DNA of 57,392 nucleotides from Girardia tigrina (taxonomy: Eukaryota): contig MQRK01226806.1 of the NCBI GenBank assembly GCA_001938485.1, positions 1-57,392 on the forward strand, read 5' to 3'. Position 1 is the first letter of the stretch; each line of letters opens with the position of its first letter. Of the stretch, positions 11,560 to 25,653 are shown piece by piece. Below the pieces are notes generated by a model that was not told the origin of the DNA, did no database searches, and saw only the letters and a list, made by a program, of their open reading frames with translations. Both the position numbers and the translations under genes were made by a program.

Positions 11560-13220
11560 GCAGCTAAAGCTAGAGAGCTTTAAAAAATCTCTAGCTGCAA
11601 GTCAACTTTCCACTTAGAAATTAGTATGAAATCCTTGAAATTGATGTGCGTAAAAATTTTGAACAATACAAAAATTTAATCCCTTAGTTTGACGGTTGCC
11701 CTCCGTCTTTGAAGCTCTAAATACTATCCACGATACCAAGACAATCATCGACTTATTTAAGTATTCAAACGATTGTTAAGAGAATCTATACCATAAGGAT
11801 CGACGATTTTAATCTCAGTCTAGGCCACCCTTGATGAGTTAATAAACAGGTTGTCATGGACTTTGAGATCGTAAGGTTACCTGGATGCATTACCAGGAAA
11901 ATAAACTTCAAGATCTGAAATACGAGGGTTGATTTTGACAGCAAGGTCGCTGCCGATATTGCTTCGTCTTCCAAGTCCCTGCAAAAAAGTCGCTGTTGTG
12001 TTTGAAAGCTATTTTAAATAATTATCCTTCTTTTATTTGTAACTACCAGCATCAAAAATTCATTTAAATACATTAGTATTTACTAGTTATTTAAAGCTTT
12101 TCATTATTTAATTACTTAGCTCACCTGATTATCATTAAATTACAGTTAATTTAATATCAAAGAATAATGACTGAAGTTAGAGCTCCATTTTTATAGTTTA
12201 AAATCAACAACCACATTTTCACTATCAATTTTTTAAGAAAGAGAATGTTTTGTGCTTAATTTAAATGTTAATTAGAAAAGAAATGTAACATTATATGTAA
12301 AATAAGTCAATATTGTAAATATTAGAACTGGAACAATTAAAATAAAAAATATTCTTTTAAAATTATTTTTTTATGCTTGGAGTCTAAAGTACTTCTATGG
12401 AGACGAGGTCAATTATACATGGTACATTTGAAGAACTTTTCTTTATATGTAAACTTATTTTTATGATTAAATTGGTTAAAAAGTTTTAATACAGCATATA
12501 AAAAATATTTTGTTGCAAAATATTATTCACTTAATAAAAACTATTGTCTTGCTGCATAAAAACGCGCTTTTGGTTGATAAAAACCGGTTACTTAGACTTA
12601 AACCTGTTATAAACATGTTCCAGTTGTTGGTAAAAAACAGTTCGGAGGTGAAAGAATGTACTAAATGTACAATTCCTTCAAAATTCGACGATATGCAAAT
12701 CATGATCTTCTTGGTTAATCGAATGTGCTTTGTAACTGACGGTGTTAATTGACCCTTCAGAACCAAAAGCCTATCCGATTGTGGTTGACAAGGTACACTC
12801 ACTTTTCATCTGATTTGATAATCATTTTCAAAAAACAATCATTACAGGGATTATTAAGCAATTCACTGCATTTTTTGTCTGTTTGCAGCTTGTGCCGAAT
12901 TTAACTCACGTGGATCTAGTCTTAGCTTCTTGTGCACAAAATCCAATCAGTTCAAGTGATTTAATATTGTTTGGTGTGGCTAAACACACATTTATCTTGC
13001 CAGTTCACGACTACTGCCAAAAGGTTCGGCATGCAAAACGGCTCGCAAATCTCTGTTCGACCGGAACTGGACTGTTATTTTAGGCTAATGTCACCAGGTG
13101 CAAATCATTTGCACCCCCTTGCAATTGTAGAACGATTGAATTTTCCCTGACCTTCAGCATCACATATTTTTTTGCAGCATCTCTAGTTGATAAATTGTGT
13201 AAAATTCGAAGAAAATCTTT
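11560..13220 (-). mobile_element. Decayed BEL/Pao-like LTR retrotransposon pol fragments
   Basis: 12527-12802 KIMICISSNFEGIVHLVHSFTSELFFTNNWNMFI resembles Pao integrase (ICIFTCxxTRAVHLELVxSLTTxxFL). A VDDCL RT-like motif lies near 11740. Many stops; domain order unclear. Confidence 0.5.
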
Positions 13221-13463
13221 AAGAAATATTAATTATTAGCATTATAACATTATGCAAGTGTATTAGTACATTTTCAACAAAATTTATTTTTTTTTCTATT
13301 GTGTTTTCTACATTTTAGCCAACCAAATATAATAAAAAGAATATGTGATAAAATATATTATAAAATAAAAGAGAAAAACTTCCTAAACCGTAAAACATAC
13401 ATTTGCTAGATATTCAAGATATAAAGTGTTCAAGATATAAACTGATCTTCAATAATTTAATAA

Positions 13464-14129
13464 GGGGCCATCCATTTATTACATAGACAAAAAGTTAATA
13501 TTTTAACTCCCCTCCTCCCCCCATTGCACCCTATACATTTTGAACTACCATAAGCACATACAAATTGAGTCTCGAACCACCATTTTTATAAAATATTATA
13601 AATTTGGTTGAACCCTCCACCGCCCCCTGTGATGTCTAGTAATAAAACTTAAAGGACTCCTTGTTTGCATATTCCAATATAAATTTATTTAATTTAATAT
13701 AATTGGACATTTAAAGTTAATTTGACAACCACTTAAGATTTTTATACAATGTTCTAAATTTCTTCCAACAAACACTGTATCATAACAAATGCTGGCTGTG
13801 TGCATTATATGCAAAATCCCCTATATTATTAGAGTAAAGCGAAAAGGTACAGAACAACAACAATATGCATCAGGGAATCTTACAATTCCAACTCTATATT
13901 TTTACACCAACATTTAATTCTATATTAGATTTTATATTCCACCTTTGTTGATAGAATGATGGTGTGTTCACAGAACAGAAAAATAAAAAGATGTTTTTAA
14001 GAAATCCATTGCACGTTTACATATTTAATAATTACCCACCCCCATTATCATACGCACCCATACGCAAAATCTTTTAAATTAAAAAATCCCCCCTCCCCTT
14101 CAGTGCGTACATAATATATGGATGGTCCC
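13464..14129. mobile_element. PIF/Harbinger-type MITE
   Basis: TIR GGGGCCATCCATTTATTA / TAATATATGGATGGTCCC; TAA target duplication on both sides. Confidence 0.75.
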
Positions 14130-15220
14130 TAATATAAAAAAACAAAATTAATCAAAATATGAAATAAAAAAAATCAATCATTAAATTATCATAATAGAAA
14201 TAATGAAATTGATTAAGTTAATTTCAATAAATATTTCTAAGGTGTTTTGTCTTTCACCGATATTCTCGCTATTCTTCCTTCACTTTCATACGTCCTTTTC
14301 TCGGTTTTCTGTGAAAGGGTTGTAGGAAATTTTAAAAAAATTTATTGATTTTCCTAAACCAAGTTCTACCAATAAGAAAGGAAATTTTTGCAAAAAAACA
14401 AAATCACATTTCTCTAAAACTTATCGAATAATTCTCACATCCGTAATTAATCACAACAATATTCCCTTGGTAGACCTTGTTAATTATAGACTCAAATTTT
14501 TTATCCACTAATCTCGATCATCTTCAAGGAACTGCTATTTATCTCAAGAGATTTTAGTACAGCTGCGCTCGCCATCCCAGCTGAGCAAGTAATATTCAGC
14601 GTCCAATATCATATAGTGGAAATTTAATACAATAAAGAAAAATGATTATCACTTATTCTCTGGATAATTCGCTGCTTATGGAGAGTCCGTGTTTCTTACA
14701 GTTTGAGATTTACGAGAAATTTTACGAATGAAAAGATGTAATTAATTTTTTTTTGTAAAAGAGTTCTACAAATGTATCGAGAATTTCCTCATTTTATACC
14801 TGATTTATTTAGGTAGTAAAGAATATACATTTTCCCATCATTCATTTTGCTTATGTCTTTGGAAATAACAAATCACTGAAAGAATAAAGAATTTTAAAAT
14901 TCCCTAAAAAATATAGACAAAAAATGTTTTCTTTTTTTAATTAAAAAATAATTTATCAAAATTTATTTAAAAATTAATTACAATTTATGAAAAATGAATT
15001 GTAAAAAAACAATATTATTTAATTTGAAAAATTATAAATTTCAACTCTAAAATCAATTAAAAAATCTGATAAAAATAAATAAATAAATAATAAATTTTAA
15101 TATAAAAAATAAAATTCTAAAATATTTTTTGTATTTTTTGTTTTTAAATGTATAAATATTTCAATTTAAAGTTAGTTTAAAATGAAATTTTTTTATTATT
15201 TTAAATTTTTTAATTTACTA

Positions 15221-16493
15221 TTAGGTGTATAACTTAGTTTTTTGGATTTTTTTGCAGAACAGACAAGTTTATTTATATGACATAATAAGTTTTATTCTAA
15301 TCAAAATATTTTCCATCGTTAAATTATGACTTTCGACCATCTTTCAGGCAAATTATGAATTCCATCGAAAAAAAAGTTTTGGTCTTTTGATGCGATCCAT
15401 TGTTCCAGCCATTTTTTTATATGTTCCTGGTTTCTGAAGTGCTGCTCCCGAAGAGCGCTTTGCATTGATCGGAACAGATGATAATCTGATGGGGCACAAT
15501 CTGGTGAATAGGCGGTAGAATTTCCCATTTAAGTGCTTCCAACGTGTTTTTTACTTGTTTTGCGACATGTGGCAGAGCATTGTCATGGAGCAAAATCACT
15601 GTGCGCTGTTTGTTGGCTGGAATAGGATGTTTTTCCTTCAATGCATCGTTCAATTTCATTAACTGTTGTTGGTAACGTTCTACATTAACAGTTTCATTCG
15701 AATTCAGCAGCTCATAGTATAGTACACCTTTCTGATCCCACAAAATGCACAACATAACCTTGCCTCCATGAATGTTTCTTTTTGCTGTTGACGTGGATTT
15801 CTTGTATTAACGTATTGACGTGGATGAACCCACGATTTCTTGCGTTTAGAGTTAACATAATAAATCCATTTTTCATCTCCAGTCACAATATTATGCAAAA
15901 ACGACCATCTTCGTTGTCTTGTAAGCAATGAATTGAAAATCAGTAATCGACTTTCAATGTAGGCTTGATTCAATTCATGTGGTATCCATTTTCCTTCTTT
16001 TTGAATCATTTTCAAAGCATGTAGACGTTTACTTATGACTGCTTGAGTAACATTTAACTGTTTTGCAAGCTCTTTCTCTGTTTGAGTAGAATCTTCCTTC
16101 AGTAATGATTCCAAATCTTCATCTTCGAATCTTTNNNNNNNNNNNNNNNNNNNNNNNNNNNNNNNNNNNNNNNNNNNNNNNNNNNNNNNNNNNNNNNNNN
16201 NNNNNNNNNNNNNNNNNNNNNNNNNNNNNNNNNNNNNNNNNNNNNNNNNNNNNNNNNNNNNNNNNNNNNNNNNNNNNNNNNNNNNNNNNNNNNNNNNNNN
16301 NNNNNNNNNNNNNNNNNNNNNNNNNNNNNNNNNNNNNNNNNTGTTTATGACGCATTTAAGGTCAATGACCTACTTAATTTTAATGCCTCGATTTCAGCAC
16401 TTTAAAAATCTGTACGTACGACTGTAAAATAATGCTTATTACAAAGGTTACACCTTCTCTAAGAAAATCCACAAACCTAAGTTATACACATAA
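15221..16493 (-). mobile_element. Full-length mariner (DD34D), frameshifted
   Basis: TIRs TTAGGTGTATAACTTAG / CTAAGTTATACACATAA with TA TSD; motifs WIPHEL, TGDEKW, LHDNA, YSPDCAPSDYHLF. Confidence 0.95.
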
Positions 16494-16903
16494 TAGAATA
16501 ATTTTAACTGCTATAGTCAAGAATGCTTTACCAAATTTTTTAGGGTTTAAGTTGGGAATATTTTAACAAGTTTTATATTGTTATATTGTGATGCTTCTCC
16601 TACCTTGATGGATAAAGTAATTTATATAAAAATATATACAGTGCATATAACACATTTAATCAAAAAGAATATATCCAAAAAAATTCTAAAAACAAGATAA
16701 AACAAAAATAACGGAAAAATTATATTTTTTTTATAATTCAAAACAACTAATAGCCGGATTTAATTATATAATAGTAAAATAAAATAATTATAAATTATAA
16801 TTATAATAGTTTAAATAATGGGGATAATTATTTTTCATTGCCAAAAAAGTCAATTCTGAAATACATTCTCATAAATAAACGAGTTTTTTATTCTTTGGAA
16901 ACA

Positions 16904-16942
<39 letters not shown>

Positions 16943-16943
16943 C
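16904..16943. repeat. (AAT)n microsatellite
   Basis: Direct reading. Confidence 0.95.
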
Positions 16944-19900
16944 AATAAATTTATTATTCCATTCATAATTTTGGAAATATTATATTATATACCCGACATT
17001 GAAATATTCATTATAAAATTTGGGAATTCCTTTCTAGTTCGTTGGGATAATTGAATTATATTCTACGCCTAATATAATTTGTGTCATTGAAAATGTCCAA
17101 GGAGGAATACAATTGACGAATAGTCACTAGTAAGTCGTTTATGAGTAACAGTTTCGATTCTATTTAATCTAATAAATTTCGCTTTTTCCCTTCTTCCCGA
17201 GAACATTAGAAGTGTTCAATTTGCAAATGGTTATTTCGATTTAGGTAAAATGGAAAAGAAAATTTAACAGGATAAAATTGATATTAATCGTTCCTACATG
17301 GACGCCCCAGTGAAGTTTGTGACAGGCAGCCCCTCGCAGATCGACAACTGCTTTGTAAAACCAGCAACTGTGACAGCTGCGACCAACAGAACAATTTTGC
17401 AAAAGAAAACTCTTTAATGACGAATAATTTTGATAGGGAATTCTGTCACAATTTTACGTGCTGACGAGTTAGTCTCGCGATTTGCCGAATTTTAATTATC
17501 CAAAATGATGGTGGCAGTCAGAAACGAAGTTCGGATAAATAAATCTACGCATAATTGGATTGTGTTATTCTGGAAAATATGTTTCTGAATTTTGATAATT
17601 AATTTTGTTATTGTCGGGTTGACGTTTTTTGTTCCTATAGAGGACTATTGATTTAATCCGATGGGAAGAAATCGATAGTCGGGTGCAGTTGAGGGGGGTC
17701 GCTTGATGAGAAGTATGTGCAGAAAGGAATGTCAAGCATAATTTATTATAATTTAGGTATAAAATTATAATTATAATCACTAAGGAAATTTTGCAACATG
17801 TTGAAAAATTATTAAAGATTTTTTTTAACATAATTTTGGGAGAAATTCTGTCAATAATAAAACACTTGTCCGTCAAGAAGTCGGGGAATAGTGTACGACG
17901 AGCGGGAATATCCTTCACGAGATTAACCAAAAATATGGTTAACTTTTTACTTGAGATATATTTTAATACTGCTATTATTATTTTACTCGGGAAACATAAC
18001 CTAATATCATTAACCAGTCTGGTTTGTGGGGGAAACCAATATTGAATATCAACTTTTATGAAATATTCTGTAACTATACAAACTATAAAATATCTTTATA
18101 AAGATGAAGTTAAGGAATACAAAAATATATTATATATAATGCCATTCAAACGACCATTAATCTAAGTACTTAGTAAAGATGTACATATTTGTGCTCAAAA
18201 TAGTACTTTAAACTTTTTACTTTAGTTTGTAAACAATCAATAAAAATATTATAGAATGAAATTCATGCGAAATAAATAATATTATACTATCTCTTTTGTC
18301 TTGTTACTCTTTATGGTTTTGGCTCAAAGTACGGATTATGTTGGGCTCATAGAGCTTTTCTAATCTCACCCTAGTATGCTTGGTGGACCATAATTAGGGT
18401 TACAGTTGTCACTTAAACATTTTTCTTTTATTAGGAAATTAGAGATTTATTTACATCAATTATAATTACATGTTTAACATCTTACATTAAACATTTATTC
18501 TCAATTACTTAAAGTGTTAATTCTGCCAAGAACATCCTAATATGCAGTGCCATACAAATTCTGATCTCTATCAATATCAGGGAATGCATCACAAATGAAG
18601 TTCTTCAATTTATTTACTTGTGTTGAAGTTGCTGTTTGATGTGCCCGGGATATGTTCCGGGCATCTCGCTGAACGAGCCGAGTGGTCGTGTGCTGAAATG
18701 TGACACGGGAAGATGCGTTCGTCGATCGATAAAGTTTACCATGTTTTGGTGGCATTCGTACGTTCAAAGGGTCGCCACCACACCCGCACCCACCGTGATC
18801 CAGACGATGAAAGATCGTGACTCGGTCGTTGTTCCCGTTGACGAGTCGATTTGAAAAGCCACCAGTTTCTTGATCGTCGAGGTCGATACTCGAAAAGTGA
18901 TAATAATCGGGGGACGCGACATAAATATGCGATCTCACACCCTTACGCGTTTTGAAAATCATAATTGACAAACAATTGAATTTGATAAAAATAAATAAGA
19001 CGAATTCGATCAGTTTTTTGCAATCCATTTATTTACATGAACATTGTTACAACTTCCACACTTTCGTTTTTTCAATTTCTAAATTATTATTTAAACAAAA
19101 ATCATTTATTTTGTTTATTAGTTATTTACAATTTTTTGTTATTTAAATGTTGGACATAGTTCTGTCGTTTTCGGTTCACTTTTCCTTTTGCATTAAAATA
19201 TATTTTTCTTTTTAATTTTTTTATGTTTAAAAATTTGAGATTTTTGTAAAAATGTGAAAATTTTCTTTAGGGAAAATTTTCTTTTTAAATTTATCAAAAG
19301 GAATTATTTAAAGGAATTAATTAATTATCAAAAATAATTTTTTTATTTACATTCGTTAATTAATTAATTTCTTTTATTGATATTTCTTAAAGATATAATT
19401 AACAGAGTGAACCTTTGAAGTTTGGTGATCACTACAACTTGAAAAGAATTTTTTTCATAAACATTATTCTTGATGACACCAAAAATATAAATCCATTGGT
19501 GCCAGGTGAGGTGGACGTTGTGGCCATTAAAGAATACCCCATCTTCCTAATCAATGCTCTGATATAAAGATACTCTCTTAGTCTCCGCGCAAAAAAAGGA
19601 GGTGATCCATTTACTGAAAGTAAACTTCGGCAAAGTGAGATTTCATTTTGATATGTGGTACTACCACATTTCGAAGCGTTTCCAAATAACTTTATCCAGT
19701 AGCATATTCATAAAAAATATGGGTACGATAACACCTTCGCTTAAACACACCACCTGGTGGTTCAGTTTTGGACTCCAGTACACAGTTATTCATATTCACA
19801 TTCCTCGACAATTCGAAGCAAGCCTCATTAGATAGGATTATTAGATCTTGAATGTATGGATTCCCTAATATGAGCACAAATCGATTTTTAGAATTGTTGC

Positions 19901-19978
19901 CGGCAATCTGGATTGTCCTCTATAAGACCATTCACTTGTCGTATGTGGTAAAGTTTTGTTTTAAATAACTATTATTAA

Positions 19979-20570
19979 GGTACAAACCGTTTTAGTCCCA
20001 GGCCGTTTTTGTTCCCGCAGTTTTGGTACCACTGTTTTGGTCCTTGATATACTTATAAAAATTTTAGCTGTAGTAAGTATGATCTGTTATGTCGAATTTG
20101 TATAATTGGCGAATTCGTGAATAAGGCAATTTCTGCCGAATAAAAAAAACTTTAATTCATTTTTGAAAAAAATATGTATTTAATATGAAAAATTATCTAT
20201 TTAATATGGAAAAATATAAATTAAATTTCAAAAAAATCTTAATTCATAATGCCAAATAGACTGAAAATGTAAAATTTTTATTCATAGTTACTTAAAATTC
20301 TTCTTTGGTGGTAAGTTGAATTGCAAACGTGTATAGTTAAAACCTTGTTTTGATATTAAATTGATAATTTTTAATATTAAATTGATGTTTTTCATATTAA
20401 ATACATATTTTTTCATATTTGAATATTTTAAATTATATAAAAATTATATAAATTCGGCATAACAGGTCATACAAATAAATAAATCATATAGATCATATGT
20501 ATCATATGAATAGATCATATAAATAAATATACCATGGACCAAAACAGTGGTACCAAAACGTCCTACTTCC
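19979..20570. mobile_element. Mutator-like MITE with repeated GTTTTGGT(A/C)CC units
   Basis: GTTTTGGTACCACTGTTTTGGTCC on the left is inverted as GGACCAAAACAGTGGTACCAAAAC on the right; GG...CC ends; ~9-bp TSD tattattaa/tatttattaa. Confidence 0.65.
20077..20472. mobile_element. Foldback MITE nested in the Mutator-like MITE
   Basis: TIR GTATGATCTGTTATGTCGAATT / AATTCGGCATAACAGGTCATAC plus an internal inverted segment. Confidence 0.7.
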
Positions 20571-20891
20571 TATTTATTAAGTGTTGCAATGATGATCTTG
20601 GTATTAGTAATGTCATATAGTAATGTCTGGGGACTTTCAGATGTTGGAGCATACAGTGAACTTAGAGTTTCATATGTATCCATTATATAATAAATTGCCT
20701 TGAGTGAAGATGGAAGAGTATGAAAGGCTTCTTGCCAATCTGTTGGCGCATGCTCGACATTTCCTAACTTTTATTCATGCTTTAGTATCCACTTTCTTTG
20801 CTCTGTTTTGTAATTGTTTGACATTGCTCAGGGTACTGTATATCAAAATTAAATTTATAAAATGTAAAACGTTTTAAAATTTGAGTAAGTA

Positions 20892-21646
20892 CAGGTCTGT
20901 CCAGAAAGTCTTGACCGATTTATAGACAAGTGAAAGATAAGAATTTATTGTTATTTTCATCATCATCTCTAATGTGTTCAAAGTATTGTCCATTGGGAGC
21001 CACGCACTTCTCCCACCGTTCTGGGAGTTTTCTAATTCCTTTGGTGAAGAAACTATGAGGTTTTTCTTCAATCCAACGATTCAACACCACTTGAACTTCT
21101 TCCGCGGAGTTGTAATTTCGTCCTCAGAGGGCGGTTTTCATTGGGAAAAATAAATAAAAATCGGAGGGAGTAAGGTCAGGTTAGTATGGTGGATTGGGCA
21201 ATGCAAAGAACCAGATTTCCTGCAGCGTATATACTGTTTTGTTGGCTGTGTGAGGTCTGGTGTTATTGTGAATTTAAGTAATTGGTTGAGCTCCTCCTCC
21301 TATAAGCCGCCTCCACTTTTGTTGTATTGCAGCAACAAGACGATCCAGCTGTTGACAGTATGTATCCGCTGTCTGTTCGTGAGGGAGAACTTCCATTAGC
21401 AATACACCTTTGCAGTCCCAAAAAACTGAAATCATGTGATTTCTGTGTGTAAGCACGCAAAGAACTTCAACTGGAGGATTGTCTCCTTCTCCTCGCCAAG
21501 AACGATGATGTTGTGAGCCTCCATTGTCCCAATATATCCATGATTCATCCATGGTTACCAGTTGTCCAAGAAAAGTTAACAGCTCGTTACATATTATTTC
21601 TCTATTAGCCATTTGTTCAGGGGACGGTAGATGTGGGATCCATCGA
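20892..21646 (-). mobile_element. Mariner, 3' part
   Basis: LVTMDESWIYW, SVFWDCKGVLL, PY.PDLTPSDFYLF; TA-CAGGTCTGTCCAGAAAG terminal repeat. The 5' part is replaced by the next element. Confidence 0.85.
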
Positions 21647-22744
21647 TTAAACAGATACCTTTAGAAATAAGATGATTTCGAACCATGGCGGCCAAATTCC
21701 TTTGGAAATGATTCTCTTCGGGAAGATCTCATTTAAAAAACGAAGCGAAATGTTTGCGGTATGTGCTGTTGCACCATCCTGCTGAAAATAGCCAGTCGAT
21801 CGTTNNNNNNNNNNNNNNNNNNNNNNNNNNNNNNNNNNNNNNNNNNNNNNNNNNNNNNNNNNNNNNNNNNNNNNNNNNNNNNNNNNNNNNNNNNNNNNNN
21901 NNNNNNNNNNNNNNNNNNNNNNNNNNNNNNNNNNNNNNCAGAGGCTTCTCAACAAATTCATGCGGATTTTCACTGGACCAAACTCGAGAATTTTGGCTAC
22001 TCACATATCCAGACAAATGAAACCACGCTTCATCGGAAAAAAAGTCTTGTAGAGCATATCATCCTCATTCAGATTTTCCTTGAATCAATGACAAAACTGG
22101 AGTCGCTTTTCAAAGTCTGTGTCTTTCAACTCATGTTGACAAGTAAAACGATATGGATATAAGCTTAAAGTTTTCCTCACGGCGGCATGTGCAGTTCCCA
22201 CGGATACACTCACTTCTTTAGATAAACGGCGCATTGACTTTGTTGGACTCTGGCTCATGACTTTCGAAATAACATTGACTTTTTGCTCCGTTAAAATCGT
22301 TGGTCGACCTGAGTGGGAGGCATCATGAACGGATCCAGTTTCTCTGAACTTGTTCACTAACGCTCGAACTGCATTTCGANNNNNNNNNNNNNNNNNNNNN
22401 NNNNNNNNNNNNNNNNNNNNNNNNNNNNNNNNNNNNNNNNNNNNNNNNATGTTCAATCAAAAATATTCTCTCCTCCGTTGACAAAACCATTTTCAATTGG
22501 AATTAACTTCGCAATAAATTGACTTTCGTCAATGATTAGATTGAATATCAAAATGATATTTTTTCTTTAAAAAATTTAAAACGCTCAGTGTCAAGGTCAA
22601 AGTGTGTAGGTATGTTTTTTGTTCACGAATCTATTTCATAGTTCGATTTCATAGAAATTTGCATTTAAAAAGTCTGCTACAACGCTGATTATCTAAAAAT
22701 AAACCAGACAATGAAAGGTGCACAGTGACTTTCTGAACGCACTG
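21647..22744 (-). mobile_element. Tc1/maT (DD37D-like) element, 3'-truncated
   Basis: FRETGSVHDASHSGRP, FSDEAWFHLSGYVSSQNSRVW, FQQDGATAHTA, WPP; end CAGTGCGTTCAGAAAG with TA. Confidence 0.85.
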
Positions 22745-25293
22745 TACAATAGATATCCATCATGAATTATGTTTCTTTCTTTCACTTTCACCGATACTTA
22801 AAACTTAATATATTTCCAGTCATTCTTTATTTTATAAAACTTGGAAAATATCCAATATTTTCATATACAGATCAAATTATTCAGATCAAATGTTAGGAAA
22901 AAATGGATTTTAAGCTGGATAATATTATCATATTTTGTGTAAGCGATTCTGTGAAATGCAAAATAAAAATAAAAGTATTTTAACAATGATATTATGAAAC
23001 TTTTTCCCCTATAATTATATTTATTTCATTAGAAATTTGTTATATATTTGCAATTCAGTCTCTTTCACCTGTTCAACATCTGTGTTTTTGCAAATTCTAT
23101 TTTTTGACGATAATTCCACAACCTTTTCCTAAATATATCCACAAATTCTATTTTTAAATTTGGTCAATCAAACGCAAAATTTCCGGTTTAATTTAAAATA
23201 GATTATTCGATTTCGGGGAAGGGTTAAATCTAATGTCTTCAAATATAAATAAATTATAGCAAATAAAAATAAATAAAATTTTAATGATTTTTATTTTTTT
23301 AAAAAAATTTTAGCCAGTGATTTTAAATTTTTATAATATAAATAATTAATTCAATGAGTATATTTGTAAATACCGTATACATAATAATGTATCGTATGTA
23401 TGATAATTTCCAGAATTAATTTTTATAATGTCGATATTCGACAGTAAACGATAAATGAAGGAAATTATTTTTTGTTTTTAATAGTATTTAAAAAGAATTT
23501 TTATGTTAAATTGATTTTCAATAACTTGAATAAATGTGAGGCTCTTTGAAGGGTTCCGTGTGGCCCCTTTTGAAATTACGGGAAAAGTTAACAATAACAT
23601 CAATATTTGATTATTGGTGACTTGTTTAGTTTAAAAAAAATCTAGATGTTAGTCAAAAAATGATAAAAGTATTAATAATTTTTTTCGCCAATCCACTCTG
23701 AATTCTCGTTCTCTAAATATAAAATACATATTACAATGACTAATCACCTTTCAGTATTTTTTTTAGAATTGAGATGGTCTATCATTGAAAACAAAATTTA
23801 AATTAATATTTGATATGTATCATTCATTTTATTGTTATTTTTAATTATTTTCATGCCTTTTTTATTGAATTTTTATCCACTATTTTAAATATCCACTATT
23901 TTTGTATCTATTATCTCTAAGTACTTTAAGTGCGGCTCTTGAAAATATATAAACCTCGATGGCGGCACCTATTGACCTCATACGTGGATACCCGTGGTAT
24001 ATAGAGTAAAATAATTTATTTTAATAAATGGGGGATAATTATTTTAGTAGTAACATATGTTAGTTGCGTTTATATCGTTTTAAAAATAAGAACGTAATAA
24101 ATTGTTTGGCGAGATGAATTTTTAACTAACTTCTCATAACTTGATTTATTGTTATATATTGTTCCATTTTCAGAAAATCAACTTTTTTCTTAGTTCAATT
24201 TAGAAATTTAACGTAGTTGAAAGATATTCAAACTTATCAACCCTCGAGGTGTCCCAAATATTTCCCTTCTCGAAATATTTCCCTTCTCGAATGTATGTCA
24301 TACGAAATTTTAATAAAATATAAATAATTTTTTTTGTTTATTAAAACAAAATATTATAATATATTTATATTTTATATTATTGCATTTGTTTTGTAAGTCC
24401 CTTAACGTTTTTAAATAAGTATATATTTTAAGTTTTATTAAAATAATATTAAAGAATTGCAAAATTATTTTAATTATTATATCAAATATTTTATGAAATT
24501 AATGTAACTTTTGAGACCCTCCTTCGTTGATTGTACTCTTTCATAAGATCATTTAGAATTCGTTTTTTTTGTATATTTTTATTATTTTTGTATAAATATA
24601 ATTTACCAGTTAAAAAAATATAATTTAAAATGTCAAATATGGATTTTCCTATTGAAATATACATGTAACAATTTAATGCAATTGCACATGAGTGTATAAA
24701 TAGAAAGTATATCAATGTGAACATTATCTCTAAACTAATATTTTTTTATATGTATTCTTATAAAATAACTTCGAGATGCAAAACAGAAAAGACAATCTGT
24801 TAATCTGTTGTTTTTTTCTCAAGATTCATCCATCTATTCTTAATTGATTCGTGTCTCCATAAAAGGTTTCATCACGATACACTTTTTTTTCTCTTCGATG
24901 ATTGAAAATGAATTCAAGTATAAAAGAATGAAGAACGAAAATGAAAATTTTTCCAGCTGCTTTTGAGGGACTGATTCCCAACAAAGTCTATCTTTATTTA
25001 ATATTGATTTGTTTGTTTTAATGCTACTTCTTGAGTAATTATATAAATTATGAAAGATTCTATGTAGAATTTTGGAAAAATATTTTTATAGAATTTAATA
25101 TCAAATTCCTAAAATGACAATTTATTTACAACATTTTTTACAATTTTATAATAAAATTTAAAAAAGAAGAATTTTTAAAACAATATTTAAAAATAATATT
25201 ATATTTATTGGTTAAATAATTAATCAACTCCCCAAAGTAATTGAATCGAATGATTAGATTAAATAAAAATATAAATAAATAAAAATTTCTGAC

Positions 25294-25653
25294 CGGCCAT
25301 GAAGCTTTGATTGCAAAACCATAACTTGGCATATTTTCCGGTTTAAAGTTCATATCTGAACTGCCCCATGTTTCCGTTTCTCTAGTTCCGTAAGCGCAAG
25401 GACCGGAATACGGTTTCGGATTCGTCAACGACACGTGAGCTTGATAATACTCCAAACATATTTTAAATCGCTGATTACAAGGATCAGGGCACTTTCCATA
25501 AGTCTGTGAATTTCCACAACATTTCCCATCCAATCGTCTATACGAATACGTTTGATATTTTGTGATTTTCAACGCAAATTGAGTTTTACTTTCGACAAGA
25601 AAGAAAAAAACATAAAGAAAAACGATAAAAATTTCCAGTTTTAAAAGCATCAT
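25294..25653 (-). CDS. DSL-family Notch ligand (Delta/Serrate-like), first coding exon: signal peptide + N-terminal C2 (MNNL) region
   Basis: ATG at 25653 gives hydrophobic leader MMLLKLEIFIVFLYVFFFLVES, then DGKCCG...C...C..RFKICLEYYQAHVS...GPCAYG...KASWP, matching the MNNL pattern of Delta/Jagged. The exon ends at WP followed by donor GTCAG (phase 0), an intron position typical of this family. Confidence 0.9.

Larger units (their letters stand above)
19400..20880 (-). mobile_element. Degenerate Tc1/maT-like transposase remnant interrupted by MITEs
   Basis: A decayed WP..SP.L.P.DF.FWG-like segment lies at 19480-19540 and a GNV.HR..(GR)P-like segment near 20740. Boundaries are approximate. 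Confidence 0.5.
5465..25293 (-). other. ~19.8 kb GT-AG intron of the DSL ligand gene, filled with transposons
   Basis: Phase-compatible donor at 25293 and acceptor at 5465; the peptide is continuous across the junction. Confidence 0.8.

Noticed and set aside
16105-16355. ORFs made largely of X
   Set aside because: Produced by N-gaps; likewise for the plus-strand ORFs at 21754-22162.
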